Positions 49,873 through 61,157 of a DNA stretch of 64,000 nt are shown here, in pieces; the stretch's first letter is position 1; each line of letters begins with the position of its first letter. This DNA comes from Mobula birostris (Eukaryota). The notes beneath the pieces were generated by a model, which saw only the letters and a list, made by a program, of their open reading frames with translations, was not told the DNA's origin and did not search any database. The stretch covers positions 52,682,777 to 52,746,776 of the forward strand of contig NC_092390.1 in the NCBI RefSeq assembly GCF_030028105.1, given 5' to 3'. Position numbers and translations under genes: made by a program.

Positions 49873-50599
49873 AAGACAATTCTAGATATTTTACTAAAGT
49901 AGTAGTTTAAATATATAATAAATTTATCATTATGTATTTAATATCTCAAAAATTGGATACCTATCCCACAAAACTTAATTACTGGACCTCCACTATCTTT
50001 CTGGAGTGAGTGCTAACAGCTGGACTGGTCTGGACAGTTATATTCCGTATTTCACTATAAACCTTGTGTATTCTGTGTACAATTATTTTAATACCTTTAC
50101 GTGAGACCACACGCACTGAGTTAAACTGGAACTTTCAATGGGTAAACAGGGTCGGGTGCAGTAACTTAAGCAGCATTTAAAACTAACCGTTGTTGGGCTG
50201 AAATTTGTTACAAATCGATTTGCATTGTTACTACCGTAGAACAGGACCCAATAGGAATATTTCCAATTATTGCCCCTCTCCTCCCCCGTCTCGTTGTTAC
50301 CCAATAACTAACAGAACAACCAGTATTTGACATTGAGAATTACCACTTTATACTGCCTTTTGCTAAAATGTATCCAGTGCACCTTCCAAGGCAGAAAAAG
50401 GCCGTCTTATGCCAAGGCCTCGGGCATGAATTAGTTCAGGTTTAATATCACCGTGAAATTTGTCTTTGCGGAAGCAGTACAATTTAATACATAAAAGGAA
50501 AAAAAGTGAACTGCAGTAAATATATAAAATAATTAAATTAAATAAGCAGTGCAAATATAACCAAATCATACCTCGTTTTTTTTCTCAAAATGTTTGCAC

Positions 50600-51720
50600 C
50601 CTCAGATGAGTATAACAGAGCCAACACAACATTTGTGCTCACATTATGCAATCTGTTTCGGGTCGGTGAGCAATGCACCGGCCGACTGAAACAAAACATG
50701 CAACCCAAACTTACGCCAAGACGAGTAACAAAAGTCGGTCCTTCAACACACACACACACAAAATGCCGGTGGACCTCATGGGGTCAGGCAGCAACTAGGA
50801 AAAGGAATTCTTCAGCTCGCACTTCACCTCCAGCGGCTGCGCCCATTATTTCGCCACGGGTACGTCATCATTGGGTCCGCCGTTTCCAGGGTGACAGTTT
50901 CCGTAGGGACCCGTTAAGCCGTCGCACTGATTCCTTCCCTGCCGAACTCTGACCCCGGCTATTGTTCGGCCGCCCCTCCGAGCTGTTGGTGGAGGAACTC
51001 GGCGGAAAATAAGGACGTCCAGACCGAGAAAGTGTCGTTAGATCCATCGGCCGGCCCGCACCCGCCATGCGGCTGGCGCGGTGGGGTTCCGCCGCCGGCA
51101 CGGACTGGATGGTACTGCGGACGGTGTGTCCCGAGTAGACGTTACATCGGAAGGTAGGCTGAGATTTAAAATGCCAGCCCGGGCGCCGGGAAATGCCCAG
51201 CCACTGAACTACGGAGCCTTTTGCACTCGAGCGGCTGTTCGGATTTGTGTGGATTCGTGTTAGCGTGGTGACGATTGAACTCTAGCCCTTTAACTCTTTT
51301 AATGAGCGCGTCAGGTAACGTCGACGCTGCCTGATCTCTCCCTTGAGGGGGGAGATGTTTACTTGAAAGCGGCAGCTTCCTCGGCCTCCATCCCCAGTGG
51401 GATGTTTCTAAACCCCCCCCTCCTCACTTTTTACCTTTCAAACGAGCTAACGCAGCCGAACCTGCTGGTTGGCTGTGATTGACGTTCCGGCCGATCAATC
51501 GGAGCCGGCAGCGATGCACCCGAGTGTCCAATCGATCAGTAAACTTGTAGAAGAGAGGTCGCGCTCGGGTCAGGCGGCGGTGCCTGCCGCCCCCAGATGA
51601 GGTTAGGTAGGTGTTGGGCGGATCGGGATTCCTTCACCGCCCTGTCCTTGTGAAGTTGATAGTCCAGGCCGCTTCAATCTCAGCCGAGAGCGCCCAATAC
51701 GACCCAATATCTATAAACTG
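50600..51720. promoter_or_regulatory. Second CpG island, putative promoter and first exon of an unidentified gene
   Basis: CpG-dense non-repeat DNA; ACGTCA 50862, GGCGGAAAA 51001, gccATG 51067; plus-strand donor-like sites at 51154, 51315 and 51607. Confidence 0.7.
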
Positions 51721-53314
51721 TTCTTCCTCAGAAAGCGAAGCAATAGGTGAACAAAACCCTCACTCTGATCCCTTTAAAACTGCAGTTGTTGGAAGACTGA
51801 AACATAAAAAATGTTGGGCTCGGACAGTCAGCGTCTGTAGAAAGGGAAAGGTTGACCTAAATATCAATTTCTTGCATTTTAACTGAACTTGTGATTCACA
51901 CGTTTAATGTCTGTTTTAATATATGGCTAAAAAGTTTAAGTTCAAATTTAATTGTCATTCATCCATATATGAATAAAGCTAAACAAAACAGAATTCCTCT
52001 GGGGCCAAGGTGCAAAACACTGTATCAACAGTTATACACAGCGTATGTGGTGACAGGTGTGTACTCTGATAGCAAATTTTACTTTGTACATGGCACAAGG
52101 CAGATGTGAAATAACAGTAAGCATACAGTCATAGAAAAAAGCCCAGGTCCCTGAGTGTTTTAACCTATAGACTGTTGCTGCAAGGATGTTGTCAGCAAGA
52201 ACAAGTCCGCAGCAGCCCGCAAATGAACACAATCCAGCTTGTCTTCCATCGAGCAAACACTGGAGGGCAGCACCAATGGGAGGGCCCAGCCCCCCAACCC
52301 AGCATGCACTTCAGCACACCTGCTGCATCTCTGCTCTCTCCCTCACCCCCTTCCTCTCCTGAGCAGCTGCAACAGGTGACCCTGTGGCACGAGTGCCTAG
52401 TCCGCACCCCAACCAAAGCTACGTAGCTGTCAGTCTCACTAATGAACCAGTGAATCAGACCTGCAGTGTTCTACATTACCAATGTGGTCTTGGAAGAAGA
52501 ACATCCAAGACAATTACTCACTCAGTTTGTTAGACTTTGACACTTTCCTGTAGCAGGCGGCAATATGGACCACACCAAGTCCAGCTCCTCCACTATCGAG
52601 CAACTTGCTAGTGAGGTAGGCTTGTAGTACTGGATGTTCTTAATAACCAGTAGTGCCTTGTGATCGTAAAACCATATGTTTATGCTCACCTTGGAGGAGT
52701 TAAATGCCCCTTCAAAGCAAGGGATTCTGACCTTTAGGAGCATTGGACGAACACAGAAAATCTGTTATAAGTCGGCATTCCTAGAGTTGGTGTATTTCCT
52801 CCAATGTTAGAAATGTGGCATGTGTGACTGAACATAAGCAGTCCATTTGACCCCAAACCCTGTTGATGCTTGTAATTTCTAGCCATATTTATTTGAGAGT
52901 TCACTGTTGCTAAAAGTGTTTGTCATAAATTTGTATCTCCGTTGATATTAGTAGAATATATAATTTCCCTGAATTTAGTTTTCATGTTCCTTTCTCACTG
53001 TAAAAATAACAATGCCGGTAATGTAGAAGTGCTTAATGCTGATTTTTGCAGTGTTGTTATTGAATCAGAGTTTTGATGATTTTAAACATAGTAAGTTTAG
53101 GTTTGAAAATATACAGTAAATGCTACATTCAAGCAAATGAAAAGCATAAGAAGCAGAAGCTGTAAAATTGAATGGAAATTTTCAGCATGTCAAGGAGTAT
53201 CTGTAGGGGAGAAGGAAAAAGAATTGGCATTTCATGTTGTTGATCCTTCATCAGAAATGAAACTTATGATTCAGTTTTGTATGCTTCAAAACAATGTAAA
53301 GAAAAAGAATGAAA

Positions 53315-54520
53315 ATGAGAAAAGCTGCAGATGCTGGAAATCCAAGCAGTACACACAAAATGCTGGAGGAACTCAACAGGTTAGGAAGCATCTATGGAAG
53401 AGAGTAAACAGTCGATGTTTCAGGCTGATACCCTTCATCAGGAGTGGGATAAAAAGATAATAATTTAGAGCAAGAAGGTAGGGGGATGGGAGGAAGAAGT
53501 GCAAGGTGGTAGGTGATAGGTGAAAGGTGAAACTGGGAGGGGTGAAGTAAGCTGATAGGTGAAAGAGATGAAGGGCTGGAGGAGGGGGAATCTGATAGGA
53601 GAGGACAGAAGGCCATGGAAGAAAGAAAAGGGGGAGGAGCACCAGAGGAGGGGAGAAGTTAAGGAGATAAGGTGAGAGAAGAAAATGGTAATGGGGAATG
53701 GTGAAGGAGAGGGTGATGAAGGGGCATTACATGAAGTTCAGGAAATGGATGTTCGTGCCATTGGTTTGGAGGCTATCCAGACAGAATATAAGGTATTGCT
53801 TCTCCAACCTGAGTGTGACCTCATCACGGCAGTAGAGGAGGCCATGGACTGACATGTTGGAATTGTAAGTAGAATTGAAATGGGTGGCCACCATGAGGTC
53901 CTGCTTTTTCTGGCAGACAAAGCGTAAGTGCTTGGCAATGTGGTCTCCCAATCTACATCGAGTCTCACTGATGTACTGGAGGCTACACCGGGAGCACCAG
54001 ATATAATAGATAACTCCAGCAGACTCACAGGTGAAGTGTCGCCTCACCTGGAATGACTGTTTGGGGCCCTGAATGGTCATGATGGAGGAAGTGTAGGGGC
54101 AGGTATGTCACTTGTTCCACTTGAAAAGGTAAGTACCAGGAGGGAAATTGGTAGGGAGGGAGGATTGGACAAGGGGGTCGCGTAGGGAACAATCCCCGCA
54201 GAAAGTGGGGGGAAGGGAAAGATGTGCTTGGTGGTGGGACCCTGTTGGTGGTGGTGGAAGTTATGGAGAACTACGTGTTGGATGCAGAGGCTACTGGGGT
54301 GGTAAGTGAGGGCAAGAGAACTCCTATCCCTGGTAGGGTGGTTGGAGGATGGGTTGGGGCAGACGTGCGCAAAATAGACAAGACACGGGTATGGACAGCA
54401 TTGATGGTGGAGGAAGGAAAGCCCCTTTCTTTGAAAAAGGAGAACATCTCCTTAGTTCTGGAATGACAAGCCTCATCCTGAGAGCAGATGTGGTTGAGAC
54501 AGAGGAACTGAGGAAAAGAA
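53315..54520 (-). mobile_element. Penelope (Neptune-like) element 3' part with GIY-YIG endonuclease and terminal hammerhead motif
   Basis: FTCESAGVIYYIWCSRCSLQYISET.CRLGDH..VATHFN; hammerhead motif at 53409-53446. Confidence 0.9.
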
Positions 54521-55569
54521 AGAATTCTGTTATTTGTCATGTCAAGCATACAGCCTTGGCAATATAGCAACTTGGAGAACAGCAGCTGCACATTCAGTCT
54601 TGTTATTCTTAATCTATCCCCGGCAAGCATCACTCGTTCTTTTTCCCTTCATATTGTACTCGTATTTCAGGCCCCTTTAAATGAACATTAACCTGTAACC
54701 CACTTGCACTGTTAGAATTTTTCCTGGCTGAAAGGTCTTGTAGTCTGTAAACTTGTCCCTTGCCCTTGTACAAAGTAATACTTTAGAAACAATGGACAAG
54801 CAAATTACAGATAGTTACCTTGTCTTAATTGCTTATTGAAATAGCTCAGGTTGTGCATTTGTGCAATTGAGATTTTGCGAAAATCATGTCAATATATAAA
54901 TGATCAGCATTTGACTTAATCATGGAAACTATATTGTAACACACTTTTCTCATTGCCAGCATGTTATTGGAAAAATATTGCACACTTCAAATCGATTAGA
55001 CACACTGATTACAGGATTGTATCAAACCAAGAGATGAATCAGTAGGGTGAGGATAGGCAGCATTAGGAATCAACAACATGTAGCAAGGGATTTAATTTTT
55101 AAAAAATAATGTGAAGATGAGGTGCAGCAAGACAAGGCAATCATCCAGAATTGGGGATCACTAGCAAGACCAGCAATTATTGTCCCCTGGGAACATAATG
55201 AGAACTGAGTGACTTGCTTAGGCATTTTTAAAAGTCAGTCACGTGGGGTAAGGATGGCAAATTTGTTGGCCCCTAAAGCATGTGTTTCCAATCTTTTTGA
55301 TGCCATGGACCCCTACCATTAACCATGGGGGCCTGTGGACCCCAGTTTGGAGAATCCTGCTGTAAAGGTTGTTAGTCAAATTTGTGTGAATATTTTACAA
55401 TAATCAAGCATCTTTTGTGTTAGTTTGTGGTAAATTTTAGATTATTAATTGAAATTTGGTTTCTGGATTATTAATTTGATAAAGTAACTGCTGTTCTGCC
55501 ACCCTGTGCACCATACTTAAGAAAAAATAGTAATTTAAAAATGGCTGAGATATTATAGTGTTTAGTATT

Positions 55570-56545
55570 ACCGTTGACCAGAACCTGAAAGAGGTTAGCC
55601 ATATACGTAACGTAGCTATAAGAGCATGTTAGAGGCTAGGAATCGAGCAGGGCGTAACTTGCCTCCTATCTCCCCAAACCTTGTTCACCACCTGCCAGGC
55701 CCACATCATGAGTCAGTTGCTCATGAGTGTAATCGGAATATTCTCCACTTGTCTGGATGAGCGCAGCTTCAACAACACTCAGCAAGTTTAACAGCATACA
55801 GGACGTGGCTGCCCATTTTCAAGATTCAAGATTTGAAAAACTTTATTGTCATTCTAACCATACATCAGTTCTGCGGGGCAGAATGAGACAGCGTTTCTCA
55901 GGGGCAGTGCAATCATAACATAACAAACGCAACACTAAATAATAAACATAACAATAAGTAGTAAAACACAACAGCCACATGTCAGTTAAAATCATTTATA
56001 AGTGTCCAGTGCAAGTTAAAAGTGTCCACAGCAGAGTCAGGTGGAGCAGCTATTTAGCAGTCTGACTGCCTGTGGGAGGAAGCTGTTTAGTAGCCTTGTG
56101 GTTTTAGTTTTGATGCTCCTGTAACGTTTGCCTGATGGCAGAAGAACAAACAGTTTTGATAGGCACATCATCCACAACCTCAAACACACAGTGGCAGTAG
56201 ATTGTACCATCTACAGCATGCAATGAGGCAACTCACTAAGACTTCTTAGCACCTCCCATATCCAGGATTTCTACCTGCTTGGAGAATAAAGACAGCAAGA
56301 TCATAGGAGTACTACTACCTGTAGATGCCTTCCAAGCAGCACACAATCCTGACTTGAAAAAAAAATAGTTGTTTCTCATTTGCTGTGTCAAAAATCTTGG
56401 AATTCTTTCCCTAGCAGGATTGTGGGTATACCCACATCACAAAGACTGTAGCAGTTCAAGAAGGCAGCTCGGCTCGGTTTTCTCAAGTGCTGTTGAGGAT
56501 GGGTAATTAAATGTTGGCTTAGCTGCTGAAGCTCACATCCCTTAA
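55570..56545 (+). mobile_element. CR1/L2-clade LINE 3' fragment interrupted by a minus-strand Rex fragment (about 55820-56155)
   Basis: GGAATATTCTCCACTTGTCTGGATGAG (EYSPLVWM) and a 3' end CAGCAGTTCAAGAAGGCAGCTC. Confidence 0.6.
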
Positions 56546-57299
56546 ACCTTTTGTTTAAGTAGGAGATCCAGTCAACATACCGAGATTTGTGAAAACTAGG
56601 AATTTTATGATACTTGAAGAACTAAATTAATTATTCTTAATAAAGAGGAAATACTGAAAAAAAGTAGTGGGCAAGTGCTTACAAATTCCGTATTTATGAC
56701 AGTCTGCAACCTGGGGTTCAAAAAGAGGTTTATGAAGAGATGGTGGGTACAGTTGAGATTTCCCTAGTCTCTGTAACATTCATACTAGACTGCAATGTAA
56801 AATAATCTAATATCATACTTCAAGATAAAACAAACAAGAAAAGGACGAACTCTACTGTAAATCTAATGTCACTTGGGAAACAGATGCAGTTCTGCAGCAG
56901 TTAGTGCTGCTGCTGCGCATGCCAGCATCTGACTTAGAAGTGCTGCATTATTTGCTCACAAGATTGATTCCTTGGTTGACAAAGTGAACTTTTTGTGAAG
57001 AAACTGAGAAAGATTAAACCATTCTGTTTGAAATATAATGAATAAGAGGTGATCTCACTGACCATTCTGAAAAAGATTGTCAGGGTGGAGAGTCTAGATG
57101 TAGAACACAATTTCCAAGAAAGGATTTACTTAGTGCAATGCAGTTTTTGAGTCCTTTAAGAATTTTGTACATTTCAGTGAGATCAAACTATTATTTGGCT
57201 AATGGCAGTGCGTCTGTAAAGAAAGGAATCTGAATAAACGCTGCTGCAGTCCAGAGATTTATGTATCAGTTTTCTCCTTCGATATGAGTATACCCTGCT

Positions 57300-58575
57300 A
57301 AGCTTGGAACTTTTCTACTGCAACACACACAAAATGCTGGAGGAACTCAGCAGGTCTGACAACATCTATGGAGGGGACAGTTGATGTTTCAGGTTGAAAC
57401 CCTCCATTGGAACTGGAAAGGAAGGGACAGAAGCCAGAACAAGAAGGTAGGGGAGGGGAAGGAGTACAAGAAATCCAGCAGGTAATGGATGGAACCAAAT
57501 GAGGGGGAATGTGGGTGTATGGGTTAGGAGGAATGGAGTAAGAAGCAGGGAGGTGATTGGTGGAACAGGTAAAGGGCTGAAGAAGAAGGAATCTAATAGG
57601 AGAAGACAGTTGACCATGGAAGAGAGGGAAGGAGGAAGGAAACCAGGAGGAGGTGATAGGCAAGTGAGGAGAGGAGAAGAGGTGAGAGAGGTTACCTAGA
57701 ATGGGGGATGGAAAAAGTGAGAAAAGGGGAGAAATTACTGGAAGGTAGGGAAATCGACGTACATGCTCTAAGTTTGAAGGCTATCCAGACACATAAGGTG
57801 TTGCTTCTTCAGCCTGAGTTTGGCCTCATTGTGGTAGTATAAAGAAGGCTGCGGACAGACATGTCAAAATGTGACCATAAGACATGGGAGCAGATTTAAG
57901 CCCTTCGGGCCATCAAATCTGCTCTGCCATTCCATCATGGCTGATTTATGTTCCCTCTAAATCCCATTCTCATGCCTTCTCGCCGTAACCTTTGATGCCT
58001 TTACTAATCAAGAATCTATCAACCTCCACCTTAAATACAACAAATGACTTGGCCTCTGTAGCCATCCGTAGTATTGAATTCCACAGATTCAGCCTCCTCT
58101 GGCGAAAGAAGTTTCTCCAGATCTCTTTTCTAAAGGGACGTCCTTCTATTCTGAGACTGTTGTCTGGTCCTAGACTCCCTCACTATAGGAAACATCCTCT
58201 CCTAGTCTAGATTTTTCAATATTCAGTATGTTTTAATGAGATTCCCCCCCCACCTTCTTCCAGACTCAACTGAGTACAGGCCCAGAGCCATTAAATGTTC
58301 CTCATGTATTTACCCTCTTATTGCTTGATCACTTTCGTGAACCTTTTTGCACCCTCTTCAATGCCAGCGCACCCTTTCTGATAAGGGGCCCCAAACTGTT
58401 CCAATAGTGTGGTCTGACCAATGGCATATAAAGCCTTAGGGTGATAGGAATGGGAAGTAAAATTGAAATGGCTAGCCCCCAGGTGATCCTGCCTTTCGAT
58501 TTGGACAGAGTGAACGTGCTCAACCAGGTGGTCCCCCAATCTATATCGGGTCTCACCAATGTGGAGAAGGCCATA
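57300..58575 (-). mobile_element. Penelope (Neptune-like) 3' fragment with nested CR1 3' fragment (about 57875-58437)
   Basis: Same terminus and purine tract as 53315; LGDHLVEHVHSV..SHFN resumes after the CR1 piece (LVRPHYWN..KRVQK). Confidence 0.8.
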
Positions 58576-59149
58576 TGATTTCTACTGTTGGTGCTGAGCA
58601 GTGAGTGATGTTATTTAGGGTGGCAACTGAGTTGTTACATTTGATTTCATTGCATGAGTCGAGGAAGTAGATTTAGTGAAGGTTGCTGTTCACTCTAGCA
58701 GTGTCTTACATTTTTATCAAGTGGGCTGCCTGCACTCTCTGTCCATGTGAGCACAAGAAACAGACACTTGGACAAGTGTTCAGTAAGGGTGCTGGAAATC
58801 ACAAAAATACTAGACTTTTTTTTGGAAGCGCAACTGATAAAATCACTATATTTTGGATGCCTAATGTCTGTCTAGCTGTGTTTTAGCATGTTACTGAGTA
58901 GATAGCACAACAGCAAAATTCATATTCATGTGTTGTTTATATGATTTTATCAGACATTTGTGGCAGGCACTGTAAAATGTTTGTGTGAAATTGAAATATC
59001 CTGTAGCAAATTACAGAACGTTTATGTGTGCAGATTCATTATAGCTTGTATAAATAAAGTTCTGTGATGATGAAGGAATAAAAAACGTTAGGAATGAAAT
59101 AGTCTATATATATAGCTTTGACACGTGCACATCAGGTAGGAGAATTGCA

Positions 59150-59648
59150 AGGCATCTGACTTCAAGACCTTGGAACAGATTGTGAGCACTGCTGATTGTA
59201 TCAAAGGGATCTCTTTCCTCCTCCGTCCCCCAAAATCCAGGACATGTTCACAAAGCCCTCCCTCATTGTCAAGGATCCCTCCCGTCCACCCCCAATCTCA
59301 TTGACCTTCTAATGTCAAGCAGCAGATACCAGTATAAGAGCAAGGATTTGCTAGGCTGGGTAACAGCTCCTTCCCCCAGGCTGTAAGACCGCTGAACACC
59401 CCGCAACTGCACAGTGCACGTTACTTATAACAGCCCCAATAGCATCATACTGTTGTCTATTTAACTTCATCTTGTATATGCACTTTTTATAGACCTGTAC
59501 ATCTACAGATATTTATTATTTTTAATATTGTTGTGTTAATATTACCTTATGTGGTATATGTACTATGTTTTGCACTCAAACCCAGAGGAGCATTGTTTTG
59601 TTTAGCTGTATACATGTGTACGGTTGAATGACAATGAACTTGAACTTG
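59150..59648 (+). mobile_element. Degenerate Rex1/Babar 3' fragment
   Basis: AACAGCTCCTTCCCCCAGGCTGTAAGAC and (ACTTGA)n tail. Confidence 0.6.
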
Positions 59649-61023
59649 AGACCTTACTCTTCTTTAAAGATAGCCAGTCAGCGGATGCTTTCTTTCCATG
59701 ATTCAATAAAATTCATGGATGCAGGAAGTTCAGCGCAATATAAGATAAACACAGGCAAATGGAATGAACTTGAATGCATGTTGGACAGCTTAGCCAAGTT
59801 CGCTAAAGGGCCTGGTTCCAAGCTGCATGACTGTAAAACTGATAACCGATTACAATCTCTTTTCCTTCACACTCAATATAAGGAGCATGACTGAGATTCA
59901 CCATGCTGGAATAGTCAATTTGTTGGGAGTAAACTTTGCCTATCAAATTTGAAAGTGTGTTAAAAGTGCTTTCTCCATTTAAGTTCTTTTTCAAATACTT
60001 TTTGATCAATTATATGTCACAACTTGTACATATCTTGGCATGTGTAATTTATATTGGAGATGTAACTTTAGTTTGCAGTGACTTTTAGAAAGGGATGAGA
60101 AGCAGATAAGCTTTAGAATGGTATTAATTTTAACCAAATAAGAGGCACAGGTGATACCTATCTACGCTAGTTACTTTCGCCTGCATTACATGTATATAAG
60201 TTCTGTTTTAAGTGCGTACCTATCCAAATACGTTTTAACGCTAATTGTATCTGCCTCTACCACCTCCTCTGGTAGCTTGTTTCAGTTAATTATCACCTTC
60301 CCTATGGGGGAAAATACCTTTTAAATTTTTCCCCTCTCATCCTAAACCATGCCCCCTGGTTCAAAGCTCCATTGCCCTGAGAAAAAGACTTAACTATATA
60401 TCCTAACTTTGCCCTTCATATTCTTGCCTCCACTCATCTTGCTGTAGTGTGACAACCAGAAATGGGCACCCTCACTCCTCTGTCCAAAACCTTCCTCTGG
60501 TGCTCCTCCACCCCTTTCTCCCATGATCCACTCTCCTCCTCTACAGCTCTTTACTTATTCCATCTATCATTTCCTCATTTCTCAGTTCATCCCCCCTTCT
60601 GATACCCACCCACCTTCCCTCTCAGCTGGTTTCACCTGTTGCGTGCTAGCTTGCACTCATTTTCCCTGGGAGCTATGGGCTTGTACTCTGAGGTGTTTCT
60701 GAACATCAGAACTCTTCATCTCGCTGCCATTTTGCTCCATATGTCCTATCAGAATTTGAATTCAAAAAAGGTATTGCCTCCCACTTTGTCTGGATTTATC
60801 TGATAGCAGTCAACCCTATTTTCCAACTGTATCCTTAAACAATCTTTTTTGCTATCGACAAGTCTTTTTTTTTTGGCCCAGCACTAATCCCTGCAGTATA
60901 CCACTTTTTACAGGCCTCCAGTCACCCACCACTACCTCTGCCAGTTTTGAACCAGTTTACCAATATACCTTGGATTTCTTGTGCCTTAACTTTCTGAACC
61001 AGCATTCATTTCAATTATAATGC

Positions 61024-61116
61024 ATACAAAATGCTGAAGGAACTCAGCAGGTCAGACAGCATCTATGGAAATAAATGGATAGTTGATGTTTCTGGCTGAG
61101 ACCCCTCTTCAGGACA
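61024..61116 (-). mobile_element. Penelope terminal fragment with hammerhead motif
   Basis: Minus strand TGTC CTGAAGA GGGGTCTCAGCCA GAAA CATC AACT. Confidence 0.75.
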
Positions 61117-61157
61117 TTTCCATTACCTTGCTCAAAGTTCCTCAAATTTATTGTGTA

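Noticed and set aside
50538-50759. Minus-strand exon candidate with donor GAG|GTATGA at 50571 as PSTK exon 1
   Set aside because: No PSTK-like peptide seen, and the donor abuts a repeat tail.
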